A stretch of 33,328 bases of DNA, the filler included, from Heteronotia binoei (taxonomy: Eukaryota), in NCBI RefSeq assembly GCF_032191835.1. It is 3 parts of 3 records of this genome, joined end to end, with 100 filler letters (N's around TTAATTAATTAA, not from the genome) between each part and the next. Parts side by side here need not be neighbours in the genome. Positions count along the whole stretch, not along the records: positions 1 to 7,568 come from NC_083232.1; positions 7,669 to 21,489 come from NC_083236.1; 1 more part is not named here. One strand, 5' to 3'. The notes beneath the pieces are model-generated. The model was not told where the DNA came from. It worked only from the letters and a program-made list of their open reading frames with translations, and made no database searches. Shown in pieces: positions 1-10,832 of this stretch. A program made the translations under genes and the position numbers. The stretch's first letter is position 1. Every line of letters starts with the position of its first letter.

Positions 1-136
1 AGTAGACAATACTGACTTTGGTGGACCCAAGCACTGATTCAGTGTAAAGAAGCTTTGTGTTTGTGACTGGACTAGACAATACTGACTTTGGTGGACCCAA
101 GCACTGATTCAGTGTAAGGGAGCTTTGTGTTTGTGT
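1..136 (+). repeat. Two tandem copies (70-bp period) of a Squam2-like SINE 3' tail
   Basis: tagacaatactgactttggtggacccaagcactgattcagtgtaa...gctttgtgtttgtg at 1-65 and 71-136, similar to the tails of the SINEs at 10389-10832. Confidence 0.7.
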
Positions 137-632
137 CTTCTGGTGCAATTTTGTTCTCAGATCCTGTATTTACTTCATCAGTATATGGGATAAGGCACTT
201 TCTCAACTGTGCTGCATAATGCAGCCTATTTATTTTGTCCTGTTTTCTCTGTTGGCTCTATCTGCGCCGCCTTCATCACTTTCGGGGTGTGGATCCCCCA
301 GTGGGGTGGTCTCCCGACACCCTCTGCCAGCTGTTTCTGATAGCCCTGTGCCCCCTCTTTCATTTGATATGTGTCCCGTGCGGGTGCCACCCTCCCGCCG
401 GGAGATGCCGCAAAATGAGCCCCCTTGAGGCTTATGGCGGCAGGGCTCGGGGGAAGCGAGCTAGACTGCTGTTCTTTTGAGGGGTTATAGAGTGTTTCGA
501 GCCTGTCCCTGTGGCATCGGTCCCATCGTTGTGGGGCCCAGGGGGCCGGTGCAGCTGCATGCTGAAGCAGCCTGTCGGTCACTTCTGGGTTCCTGTCCTG
601 CATCTCGACCTGTGTTATTAGTGCCAGGCTGC

Positions 633-1580
633 TTCGGCGGTGGCATGACATCACCGGAGGTGCCGTCACTTCCTGTTTCCGGCAGGTGGCGCGGGGGGGG
701 GGGGGGTGATGTCACAGGAAGTGATGTCACTTCCTGTTTCCGGCGGTGGCATGCCGTCGCCGGAAGTGACGTCGCCGGAAGTGACGTCACTTCCTGTTTT
801 TGGCAGGTGGCGCGGGGAAATGATGTCACAGGAAGTGATGCCACTTCCTGTTTCCGGCGGTGGCATGACATCACCGGAAGTGACGTCACTTCCTGTTTCC
901 GGCAGGTGGCGCGGGGAAATGATGTCACAGGAAGTGATGTCACTTCCTGTTTCCGGCGGTCGCATGACATTGCCAGAAGTGACGTCACTTCATGTTTCCG
1001 GCAGGTGGCGTGGGGGGAATGATGTCACAGGAAGTGATGTCACTTCCTGTTTCCGGCGGTGGCATGACATCACCGGAAGTGCCGTCGCCGGAAGTGACGT
1101 CACTTCCTGCTTCCGGCAGGCGCTGTGGGAGGGGGGGGTGATGTCACAGGAAGTGATGTCACTTCCTGTTTCCGGCGGTGGCATGACATCACCGGAAGTG
1201 CCGTCGCCAGAAGTGACGTCACTTCCTGTTTTCGGCAGGTGGCACAGGGGAAATGTTGTCACAGGAAGTGATGCCACTTCCTGTTTCCGGCGGTGGCATG
1301 ACATCACCGGAAGTCCTGTCACCGGAAGTGACGTCACTTCCTGTTTCCGGCAGGTGGCGGGGGTGAATGGTGTCACGGGAAGTGATGTCACTTCTTGTTT
1401 CCGGCGGTGGCATGACATCACTGGAAGTGACGTCACCGGAAGTGACGTCACTTCTTGTTTCCGTCAGGTGGCGCGGGGGAAATGGTGTCACAGGAAGTGA
1501 CGTAACTTCCTGTTTCCGGCGGTGGCATGACATCACCGGAAGTGACGGCACTGGAAGTGACGGCACTTCCTGTTTCCGGT
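633..1580. repeat. Higher-order tandem array of ETS-CRE-like palindromes
   Basis: About 17 alternating A/B monomers with core (a/c)(c/a)ggaagtga(c/t)gtcacttcctgtttccggc. The dimer period is roughly 93-115 bp. Confidence 0.95.
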
Positions 1581-1619
1581 GACGCGCGCGCACCCCTGCC
1601 TTCCCCCCCCCCCCCCAAA

Positions 1620-1658
1620 GGTGTCCCTGGCTGGCCTTCAGACATTATGGCCACCCTA
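1620..1658 (-). mobile_element. Putative hAT-like terminal inverted repeat closing the element that carries the array
   Basis: Reverse complement tagggtggccataatgtctgaaggccagccagggacac resembles the element start at 29011 (tggggtggccagaccgtcccggg). The partner end was not found in the window. Confidence 0.45.
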
Positions 1659-1810
1659 ATTGCTGCAGTTAGGTAGGTTAGAGTGAACACACAGGAAGCG
1701 ACCTTATTTTGAATCAAAACCTTAGCGCGTCAAGGTCCATGTTATCTACTCAGGCAGGCGTCGGCTCTCTAGGTGTAGAGGTATTTCATACCACCTAGTG
1801 CTTGGCGCTT

Positions 1811-1893
1811 TTTAACTGGAGAAGTGGGGGGTTGAACCTGGGACCTTCTGCACAGCAAGCAGACGCTCTACCGCTGAGCCACAGCCCCTCCCC
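1811..1893 (-). mobile_element. tRNA-derived SINE head (Squam2-like)
   Basis: Reverse complement ggggaggggctgtggctcagcggtagagcgtctgcttgctgtgcagaaggtcccaggttcaacccc has Pol III A and B boxes and matches the 10.2-10.8 kb SINE heads. Confidence 0.75.
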
Positions 1894-2044
1894 AAGCATG
1901 ATCCACTAGAATTCTTCTGCACAAGCCCCACTCAAATTCACGAGGGCGCTACTGTCCTCTCATACATCTAAGTGGGATTTGCGGAAGAGCATGGGTGGAA
2001 ATGTACTCTTTTTGTTTGGGAATACATGCTGTGAATGTACAGGA

Positions 2045-2237
2045 ACACATGAAGCAGCCTTAGACTGAACCAAACCCAAGTGTATCAAGCTCAGTGTTGT
2101 CTTCAGAGATTGGCAGTGACTCTCTAGGGCCTCTTGCAGAGGTCTCTCCCATCACCTACTGCCTGACCCTTTTCAGTGGTGGTACCAGGGGACTGAACCC
2201 AGGGCCTTCTGCATGCGAAGCAGAGAGTCTTCCGCTG
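2045..2237 (-). mobile_element. Diverged Squam2-like SINE
   Basis: Reverse complement follows the same head-body-tail layout (gcagaaggccctgggttcagtccc ... gagagtcactgccaatctctgaagacaacactgagcttgat ... aaggctgcttcatgtgt). Confidence 0.7.
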
Positions 2238-2589
2238 TTTAAGTTTATTCTGTAAAATTTGGTGCTTTAGTAGATTTCAAAAGTTGCTGAGACAGATGTA
2301 TTTCCTGGAGTTCTCTTTTGCCTCAGCAGAGTTGTCCCCAAAGGAGGGGATTTGGTGGAAGCAGCTGCAGTAGCTCTTTGGTTCCAGCAGTGGCTTAAAA
2401 GGCACAGGGGGCTCTCTCTGTTGGATTATATGCCATTTCACTATGTAGACCTTCCTAACCTCCTCTGAGCTCTGACAGCAGAGCCTGTTTGTGCAAGGCA
2501 TGATGCATGGATCAAAAATCTGCGCTGTCTTGTTTTTTTCTCAGGCTCTCTTCTTTTCCTGTATTTGGCAGGCTTCTTTCAGAAGGTGA

Positions 2590-3057
<468 letters not shown>

Positions 3058-4340
3058 TAGAATTGCACAGCAAGATACATATAGATTTTTTCCTCCGCCT
3101 CTGTTTCAATTTGCCATTCAGGTTACTCTTTGTATTTATTTTAAGGATATCTAAAACTGCTTTTTTTTGCCAATTCGTCATTAGCATTAATATTAATGCT
3201 GATAATGACACACAGAGGATTGCTGTGCCAGGTTAAGGTTGGCGCTTGAGAAATTCTGCCTTCAGGAAGTGAAATGTTATTCTTATTGATTTTCGAAGAT
3301 GCGATAAGATGTAATGATATTGAAACCAATCAGTTCTTAATGAAGGTAGAATTTCATAGGCCTGAAATTCTGTAACCTAGAAATTCTGCAGGAGGTGTCA
3401 AGTTAAAAACCAAGAAAGATGTGAAGTTTCTGCATTTTAGCTTTTCTCGACAGTAAGATTTTTAGATATACCTTATTTTGCTTAAATGTCTTTTATAAAT
3501 GTTATTCCAGCATTTGCATTAGATAGTGCTTGAAGTGCAGAGATAAAATCAGCAAGATATTTTCTGCCTGTTCTTAAAGGTTCAGAAGGTCCAGTGGGTT
3601 CCCAAATAAATAAAAGGACAAGGATTGCCATTCAGAATCACAGCAACAGCCTCCCTGGTTACTTCTCCATTCAAGCATACTTATAATTTGCACAGTATCC
3701 CAATAGGTAGATGAGGGCTATAGTTGCCGTCTGAAGCTTTCTGCCTCAGTTGAATGGCAGTTCAGAATTCTTTCTGATTCTTCCCTTCCCTTAAATTGGC
3801 TTTCAGTGCATTCATCCTAGTGTTTCTCTCTTTCTTCTTGCTATTCTGCTAACTCAACAGCTTGCTTACATTGGAACTGGACACAAAGCGGTTTCCCTCC
3901 CTTGTCTTTTCTTAATGGAAATTTCCTCACTGACTTTCTCGGTGTTCCTCCAAAAAGTTAGAATATGCTGCTTGGTTGATGCTGAGTGCATTCCTTTCTG
4001 AGTGGCCTCTGATATCTCTGTTTGCCCCTCATGCTCACCCCCTCCCTCCATTCTTCTCCATGTACACCTTTGTGGTCCCTTGCCACTTAACACCCTCCAT
4101 CTGGAGACAGTTCAAAGTGAAACCGGTATTCACACTTGCTTTCCTGTCTTCTCTCTCGCTGTGCCCTTGCTCTTGACACAGCGAGGTCATTTCTGCAGCA
4201 GTGGTCTCAGGCCTGGAGCCTTCAGTGGATGCTGCTGCAGCTTCTTCAGCTTAGGCTAACTGTCGAAGCATGCCCTAAAATTGTGATTTCTCTCTGTGCT
4301 GCTGAAAGGTCGACGTGAGGTTTTTGTTTCCCCTCTGCAG

Positions 4341-4489
4341 TCTCTTAGATATGATACTAGCTACTTCGTGGAATATTTTGCCTTGGACCTCCTTATGGAA
4401 AACGGAGCATGCCATGGTGTTGTTGCCCTTTGCATAGAAGACGGCACCATACATCGTTTGAGGGCAAAGAATACAGTCCTCGCCACGGG
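4341..4489 (+). CDS. SDHA: SDHA internal coding exon (149 nt)
   Basis: [50 protein letters not shown]. Acceptor ccctctgcag, donor gtaaag at 4490, phase 0/2, in frame with flanking exons. Confidence 0.97.
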
Positions 4490-5586
4490 GTAAAGCGCTA
4501 ACAGTTGTATTGGAGGAGTGTAAAAGTATCTCTTCACCTTGTCCTTACTCTGCCCTGAGACTCAAAGGGAGGAGTGGCTGATATCATTCACGGAGTGCAT
4601 TCTTTTCCTCCTCTGGGCAGAGAGGGAGAGCAGCGGGCTCCTCCTTTAGGGTTGTCCTCAAGTCAGATGACTCCCACCCTGTATATTGGGAAGCCTTGTC
4701 CCCAGCTCCCGAGCGCTGGGGGAGTGCCATCCTCCCCCCTGCTTGCCCACCAGACTCCCTGGCCACCCTGCTCTCACAGAGTGCCACCGTCACCTCAGCC
4801 ACCTAATCAGTGCCGTGTGTGTGGGGGGGGGGGGTCAGTTCCTGCTGCTCTTCCCCTGCCTGCTCACCCACAGGGGAGGGGTGGTGGGGGCTGGAGGCGG
4901 TGAGCAGCGGCTGCTCCTCCCCCCCCACCTTAGCAGTGGGGGGAGTGATAGGGGGAGAGGCAGCTCCTGTTTAACCTCCCCTCACCTGTGGAGAAGCATC
5001 AGTGTTGTGGGGCTGGAATTGATGGCCTTGGTAGCGGCGGTGGTGGGGCAGCGGCAGCGCACACCCCATCTCTGCCTGGGAGTGTCGGCAGGGCTGAGGT
5101 CAGCGGTGTGCTCTTCCTTCTTTCCCACTGTATTTTTTTTGGGGGGGGGGTATTTAACTCCACCTCAACTGAGAAGGTTACATTTTTCTGTTTTCAGAAA
5201 AATACCCCGCTCTGAACCTGGCCCCAGTTTTTGGGTTTGTCAATCCACATGGGGGCCAAGTTGTGCCCATGCAAATGTCTGTGGGTTTTTTTTTTTAAAT
5301 GTGAATTTTCAAATAAATCCTTGTAGTTTGGGGGATGGGGCTGGTATTCAGCTTTATCCATGATGAGAGAGCCTTCTGGGGAAGTAGCCTTCCAGGTGCT
5401 TAACTAGTGTGGCTGTAACTGCATCTGGACATAAAGCCCAGTCTATATTATGATGTCTGTCAGAGCACCCATTCAGATGGCTGGCAACACCTGTTTGATG
5501 GAGCTGCTCCCTTCTGCAATAGTTTCTCATGAAGTTATTAAGTAGGAAACACAGTGGGCAGTTATTAACTGCGAACTGTTTTCCAG

Positions 5587-5711
5587 AGGCTACGGGCGCA
5601 CATACTTCAGCTGCACATCTGCTCACACTACCACTGGAGATGGCACAGCGATGGTCACTCGGGCCGGCCTTCCCTGCCAGGACTTGGAGTTTGTGCAGTT
5701 CCATCCAACAG
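5587..5711 (+). CDS. SDHA: SDHA internal coding exon (125 nt)
   Basis: [41 protein letters not shown], containing the QFHPT active-site motif. Acceptor ttccag, donor gtaaaa at 5712, phase 2/1. Confidence 0.97.
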
Positions 5712-5999
5712 GTAAAAGTTATCTGTTGGATTGTAGGTAATTAAGGCTGATGAAAAGCAACAGATCATCCAGTCTATACAGGAACAAAAGTGGGCATTTT
5801 CAGTGCCTCTCACAAAGATATAAGATAGGCAATATTATCCCGCTGGAGAATTTTATGGGCTATTTAAATAAATATTGTGTATGGAATTTAGTCGTGGCTT
5901 ATTTAGTGAATGATGATCAAGCCAAGGTTTCAGATTTATTCCCCTCACTTGTAGCTCGCGTACTTCTTGTGCTGAACCACCTCGTGAGATGTCATCTAA

Positions 6000-6221
<222 letters not shown>

Positions 6222-6352
6222 TGAATTTGGTTTGGAGTTAGGATGGCCCATTTGTAATCTCCTCTGAAATCAGCACGCCTGCTGTATATCCTAAATAATA
6301 AGAATAAAAAATAGTCATAGACAGGACTTGATTAATTGAATAATTTGTAGAC

Positions 6353-6866
6353 CAAGGGTATCAAACATGTGGCCCAAGGGCTGGATCAGGCCCTTGAGCA
6401 GCTCACTGTCCTCTGCTTCCTTCTCTCTCTCTTGCTCCTTTCTGCATTATAGCTGGTTTTGCCAGGCTTCCTCAGTCACACAGGAGCTACAGAGCAAAGC
6501 CTCCATTTTCTCCATTGGGTGACCAGCACATGAAGCAACTTATGTACAAAAGCTCACAGTGTCCAGCCATCTCATGTTTTCCCCTGGGTCTTAGGCTCAA
6601 AGCATTAACCATGAGATTTCTGTAATGAATGTCAGTGAACCAGAAGTAGGTTTGCAGCTTAACAGATACCTACCTGAACAACACCTGAACAGCCTGCTAA
6701 TCTTTTAAACATGTTTTGAGTCTTTAAAAAATCTTTAATTGTGTTTGTGTCCTTTATAAAGTGTGTCCCTACTTGGCATTACATTTTATGACACACATGG
6801 CCTGACCTGACAAGGTCTCCTTTATGTCAGATCCGGCCCTCATAACCAGTGATTTCAACACCCCTG
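6353..6866 (+). mobile_element. Non-autonomous hAT (Charlie-like) MITE
   Basis: TIRs caagggtatcaaac / tttcaacacccctg and a near-perfect 8-bp TSD ttgtagac / ctgtagac. Its interior is homologous to 15119-16014 in reverse. Confidence 0.8.
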
Positions 6867-6989
6867 CTGTAGACTACGTGCAGTGGAAAGTTGACTTTCT
6901 TGACAGACCCTTGCCACTTGACTGGATGTATGGATTCTTACATATTTACTCCATGGATTGTGTGGGGATAAATGTATTCAATGCCTACA

Positions 6990-7185
6990 TAGCCCTGACC
7001 GGGTTAGCTCAGGCTAGTCTGATCTCGGAGGCTAAGCAGGGTCATCCCTGGTTAGTTTGTGGATGGGAGACCTCCCAGGAGGTCCTGGGTTTGCTACACA
7101 GAGGCAGGCAATGGCAAACCACCTCTGTGTTCCATATGGGGTCACAATAAGTTGGTTGCGACTTGACAACACTTCCCATCACCAC
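6990..7185 (+). mobile_element. 5S rRNA-derived SINE with Sauria/BovB-type tail
   Basis: gtctgatctcggaggctaagcagggtcatccctggttagtttgtggatgggagacc matches the 5S rRNA internal promoter region, followed by ggcaatggcaaaccacctctg...ggggtcacaataagttggttgcgacttgac. Confidence 0.75.
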
Positions 7186-7197
7186 AAGGCTTGTCTC

Positions 7198-7405
7198 TGA
7201 CCTGGACGGCCCAGGTTAGCCCGATCTCACCAGATCTCAGAAGCTAAGCAGAGTCAGCCCTGGTAAGTACTTGGATGGGAGACCACCAAGAAAGTTCAGA
7301 GTTGCTACGGAGAGGCAGACAATGGCAAGGCACCTCTGTACGCCTCTTGCCTAGAAAAGCCTACAGAGTCACCATAAGTTGGCTACAACTGGACTGTGCT
7401 TTCCA
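7198..7405 (+). mobile_element. Second 5S-derived SINE, head-to-tail with the first
   Basis: gcccgatctcaccagatctcagaagctaagcagagtcagccctggtaagtacttggatgggagacc plus the same tail type. Confidence 0.75.
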
Positions 7406-7556
7406 ACAAAGACGGGCAGATGGTCAATTCTGGATGCTATGATAGCTGTTGTTTTAATCTCCCAGATGGTAAATGATGATGTGCCGCTTGAAATGTTTGA
7501 TAAAACCGTGCAGTGGTTTACGTCTAAATGTTGGCCCTTATTTCTTCTACTAACAG

Positions 7557-7568
7557 AGGCTGTGGGCC
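7557..7568 (+). CDS. SDHA: First 12 nt of the next SDHA exon, truncated by assembly gap
   Basis: Acceptor tttcttctactaacag followed by a ggc tgt ggg cc. This completes AG+A=Arg and reads R-G-C-G-P, the expected continuation of IREG-R-GCGP, then runs into Ns. Confidence 0.85.
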
Positions 7569-7668
7569 NNNNNNNNNNNNNNNNNNNNNNNNNNNNNNNN
7601 NNNNNNNNNNNNTTAATTAATTAANNNNNNNNNNNNNNNNNNNNNNNNNNNNNNNNNNNNNNNNNNNN
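7569..7668. other. Assembly gap spacer (N44-TTAATTAATTAA-N44)
   Basis: Exactly 100 bp. The central palindrome has stop codons in all six frames, and an identical spacer is at 21490-21589. Confidence 0.95.
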
Positions 7669-8916
7669 CCAGGCGTGGCCGAAGTGAGCCCTGGCCCCGG
7701 AGGCGGCTGGTCTGCTCTCTCCTCCCGCTGGGCTCTGTGGCAAGAGGCTTGGGCCGAAGCGCCGGGGAAGCCCACTGGCGCAGCCCACCCGCAAAGCCCC
7801 AGCGGAAGACCGACGGGCTCGGCCAGGCGGCGGCCTTCAAGCAGGCCGGGGAGCGGTGCAAACGCGGGCGCCGGATTCGCATTCTCCAAGGCCCGCGGCG
7901 CCATTCCCTGCCCTCGGGGAGCTGCGGCCACGCCGGGATCTCCCTCCCTCCCTCCCTCCCTCCGGCGGGAGCTTCCCGGGGCCGGGCGGGGGGGCTGTCG
8001 AGCTCCGCTCTGGGGCGCCGAGGGGGCAGCGGCAGGCAGCCCCCCCCCCGCCCCTGGCCTCCTTCCCCGAGGGGGCTCCAGGCAGGCTCTGGGGGGTCGA
8101 TGGGGCTGCCTCTCCGCCCTCCCCGCGGCCAGCTGAAGGGAGTGGGGGGGCGGGGGGGGGCGCCACTCCTTTCCACCCCCAGGGCCTGGCGGGGGCGGGC
8201 GGGGGGGGCGCCCAGAAGGAGCCTCGGGGCGAGCAGGTGCGGGGGGAGGGGGCTGGGAGGCCCCCCAAGCTGCCTTTGAGCCCCCTCGGCGGTGCCGGCC
8301 CCCAGCCCAGCTCCGGGGGGGGGAGGGAAGGGGGCAGATTCCCGCGCGGCCCTTTCACCAGGCGCCGACTAGACGGGAGGAGGCAAGCCTTCGCCCCGCA
8401 CCGACGAACCCAGGGCCGCCCGGCGTTAAAGGGCCCGGGGTGGAGAGGAGGGGGGGGGGGGCAGGGCCGATGAAGGCCGGGCGTCTGAGCAGCAGCGCAG
8501 AGGAAGGGTTTCTGAGCGTGTGCAGAGAGCGGCGTGGCCCCGCCCGGGGCAGCCCAGGCTTGCCTTTGACTTGCGGCCGGACCAGAGGGCCGGCCTGGCT
8601 GTGCTGGGGATGAGGAGCCCCCCCCCCCCGTCCCAGGCAGCCGCCGAGCGGGACCCGCCTCCTGCTCACAAGCCCCCCCCCCCCGCTGCCCTCCTGGGGG
8701 CCAGCGCAGAGAAGGCCGCGAGGGAGGGCGCTGGGGCCACGAGGCCTCCGAGGCAGCCGCTGCCATTCCACAGGCTCTACCAGCCGGGCAGGCCGCTGCC
8801 TCGCTCGCTCTCTCCTCCTGGGGCCACTGCCGCCGGGGACGAAGCGCCAAGCAGAAAGGGCCACGGGCAGCAAAGGCTCAGGCCGAAAGACTGAGCTGGC
8901 CGTGAAAACGAAAGGA
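7669..8916. other. CpG-island-like GC-rich contig between two gaps
   Basis: Very high GC and CpG density with G/C homopolymer runs. The ORFs are low-complexity and have no recognisable domain. Confidence 0.6.
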
Positions 8917-9143
8917 NNNNNNNNNNNNNNNNNNNNNNNNNNNNNNNNNNNNNNNNNNNNNNNNNNNNNNNNNNNNNNNNNNNNNNNNNNNNNNNNNNNN
9001 NNNNNNNNNNNNNNNNNNNNNNNNNNNNNNNNNNNNNNNNNNNNNNNNNNNNNNNNNNNNNNNNNNNNNNNNNNNNNNNNNNNNNNNNNNNNNNNNNNNN
9101 NNNNNNNNNNNNNNNNNNNNNNNNNNNNNNNNNNNNNNNNNNN
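8917..9143. other. Assembly gap (227 N)
   Basis: Run of N. Confidence 0.99.
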
Positions 9144-9240
9144 GCTTAGAAAGCCCTGGGGGCATTAGCTGGGACAGAGCCCCCCCCCCCCCCCAAGGCC
9201 GGGCCTTTCTCACCCTCAGGGAAGCTGGGAGACGGGGCAG

Positions 9241-9409
9241 AGGGCTGCCAGTTCTCAGGAAGTCCCTGGGGCTTGGGGAGGGATGAGATGCCCCACAGCT
9301 TGTCCTCCAAAGCAGTCCTTTTCTCCCGGGGGACAGATCTCTGTCCTTTATTGCAGCTGAGTTGTACTTCTAGGAGATCTCCAGGTCTCGCCTGGAGACT
9401 GGCAACTGC
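9241..9409 (+). mobile_element. Short hAT-like MITE (agggttgcca-type termini)
   Basis: agggctgccag...ctccaaagcagtccttttctcccgggggacagatctctg...ggagatctccaggtctcgcctggagactggcaac, homologous to 11046-11194. Confidence 0.6.
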
Positions 9410-9533
9410 TTGCTGGGGACTCCTGCACCCGGCTGGCTTCCTCTTCTGCATCGGAGCCACAAGCCTGGACGGCGAAAGGAAGGGCTCCTGTCCTAGCTAT
9501 GTGGAGACTATTTGGGTTCGGTTTCCCTTTTGA

Positions 9534-9800
9534 AAGAGCCAGTTTGGTGTGGTGGTTAGGCGCCGACTCTGATCTGGGAGAACCGGGTTTGATTCCCCAC
9601 TCCTGCACTTGCAGCTGCTGGAATGGCCTTGGGTCAGCCAGAGCTCTGGCAGGGGTTGTCCTTGAAAGGGCAGCTGCTGTGAGAGCCCTCTCAGCCCCAC
9701 CCACCTCACAGGGTGTCTGTTGTGGGGGAGGAAGGGAAAGGAGATGGTGAGCCGCTCTCTGAGACTGAGATTCAGAGTGGAGGGCGGCGTATAAATCCAA
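9534..9800 (+). mobile_element. Squam3-like (gecko-type) tRNA SINE
   Basis: gagccagtttggtgtggtggtt A box, gggtttgattccccac B box, body ctctcagccccacccacctcacagggtgtctgttgtggggg, end tataaatcca. A near-identical inverted copy is at 15.4-15.7 kb. Confidence 0.85.
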
Positions 9801-10251
9801 CATTTTCTTCTGATACCGGAGAAATCTCTCACAGGTTTGCCTCTCACCCTAATTTAAGTGAAAAACCTGCACTTGGCTACAAACTACGTACTTCCGATTG
9901 ACCAGCGCTTGGTCCTTCGTTTTTTTCCCCAAATGAAGAGACCTCGTTGGATTTTCACACTTGGAACTTAAACATCCACTTTCATTGCCATCTGCCTGGG
10001 AGCGGATCCTCCACGCCTCGACCGAGGGGGGAATGACAGGGGCCGCTGCACATTTCTACAGGCAGCAAAGGTGAGCCTCCGCCCCTCCAAGGCCTGCCGC
10101 TGGAAGCCTTATTCTGAAGGCCTGCTTGGAGCAGAGGGGCCCGAAGCCCCGCTGGTTTTAGAGGCGCGTCAGTTACTTGTGCCTGCAGAGCCGGTGACAG
10201 GCCCAAATGCAAAGCGGGGTTCTCCGCAAGGGCTCCGGCGGTGGTCAGAAC

Positions 10252-10832
10252 GGAAGAAGGGACGGTGGCTCAGTGGTAGAGCATCAGCTTGGGAAGCAGA
10301 AGGTCCCGGGTTCAATCCCTGGCATCTCCAATTAAAAAGGGTCCAGGCAAACAGGCGTGAAAAACCTCCGCTTGAGACCCTGGAGAGCAGGGGAGGGATA
10401 GTGGCTCAGTGGCAGAGCAAATGCTCGGTAAGCAGAAGGTCCCAGGTTCAATCCCCGGCATCTCCAACTAAAAAGGGTCCAGGCAAATAGGCCGGAAAAA
10501 CCTCCGCTTGAGACCCTGGAGGGCCGCTGCCAGTCTGAGTAGACAAAACTGACTTGGATAGACCGAGGGTCTGATTCAGTATAAGGCAGCTTCATATGTT
10601 CATATGTCTAAGGGGAGGGACGGTGGCTCAGTGGTAGAGCATCTGCTTGGTAAGCAGAAGGTCCCAGGTTCAATTCCCGGCATCTCCAAAAAAGGGTCCA
10701 GGCAAAGAGGCATGAAAAGCCTCAGCTTGAGACCCTGGAGAGCCGCTGCCAGTCTGAGTAGACAATACTGACTTTGATGGACCCAGGAGAGTCTGATTCA
10801 GTAGAAGGCAGCTTCATATGTTCATATATGTG
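10252..10832 (+). mobile_element. Three head-to-tail Squam2-like SINEs (first 3'-truncated)
   Basis: Copies at ~10252-10388, 10389-10607 and 10611-10832, each starting ggga(c/t)(g/a)gtggctcagtgg(t/c)agagc. Copies 2 and 3 end cttcatatgttcatat. Confidence 0.9.

Noticed and set aside
633-1580. CRISPR-like array of palindromic repeats
   Set aside because: The context is eukaryotic, the spacers are themselves repeated rather than unique, and there are no cas genes.
477-1593. Several long ORFs (for example 706..1500, 264 aa) with repeated MMSQEVMSLPVSGG peptides
   Set aside because: They are translations of the tandem array, open in several frames on both strands, and lie in an SDHA intron with no splice or domain support.
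6990-7405. 5S rRNA genes
   Set aside because: The 5S-like parts are partial and diverged and are fused to SINE tails.
7613-8873. GC-rich ORFs including 7837..8850 (337 aa)
   Set aside because: They are Pro/Gly/Arg/Ala low-complexity frames open on both strands, as expected from stop-codon scarcity at very high GC, with no domain.
8878-9213. ORFs spanning the N run
   Set aside because: They are artefacts of translating Ns.
10252-10700. tRNA genes
   Set aside because: They are tRNA-derived SINE heads with A/B boxes but continue into SINE bodies and lack a full cloverleaf.
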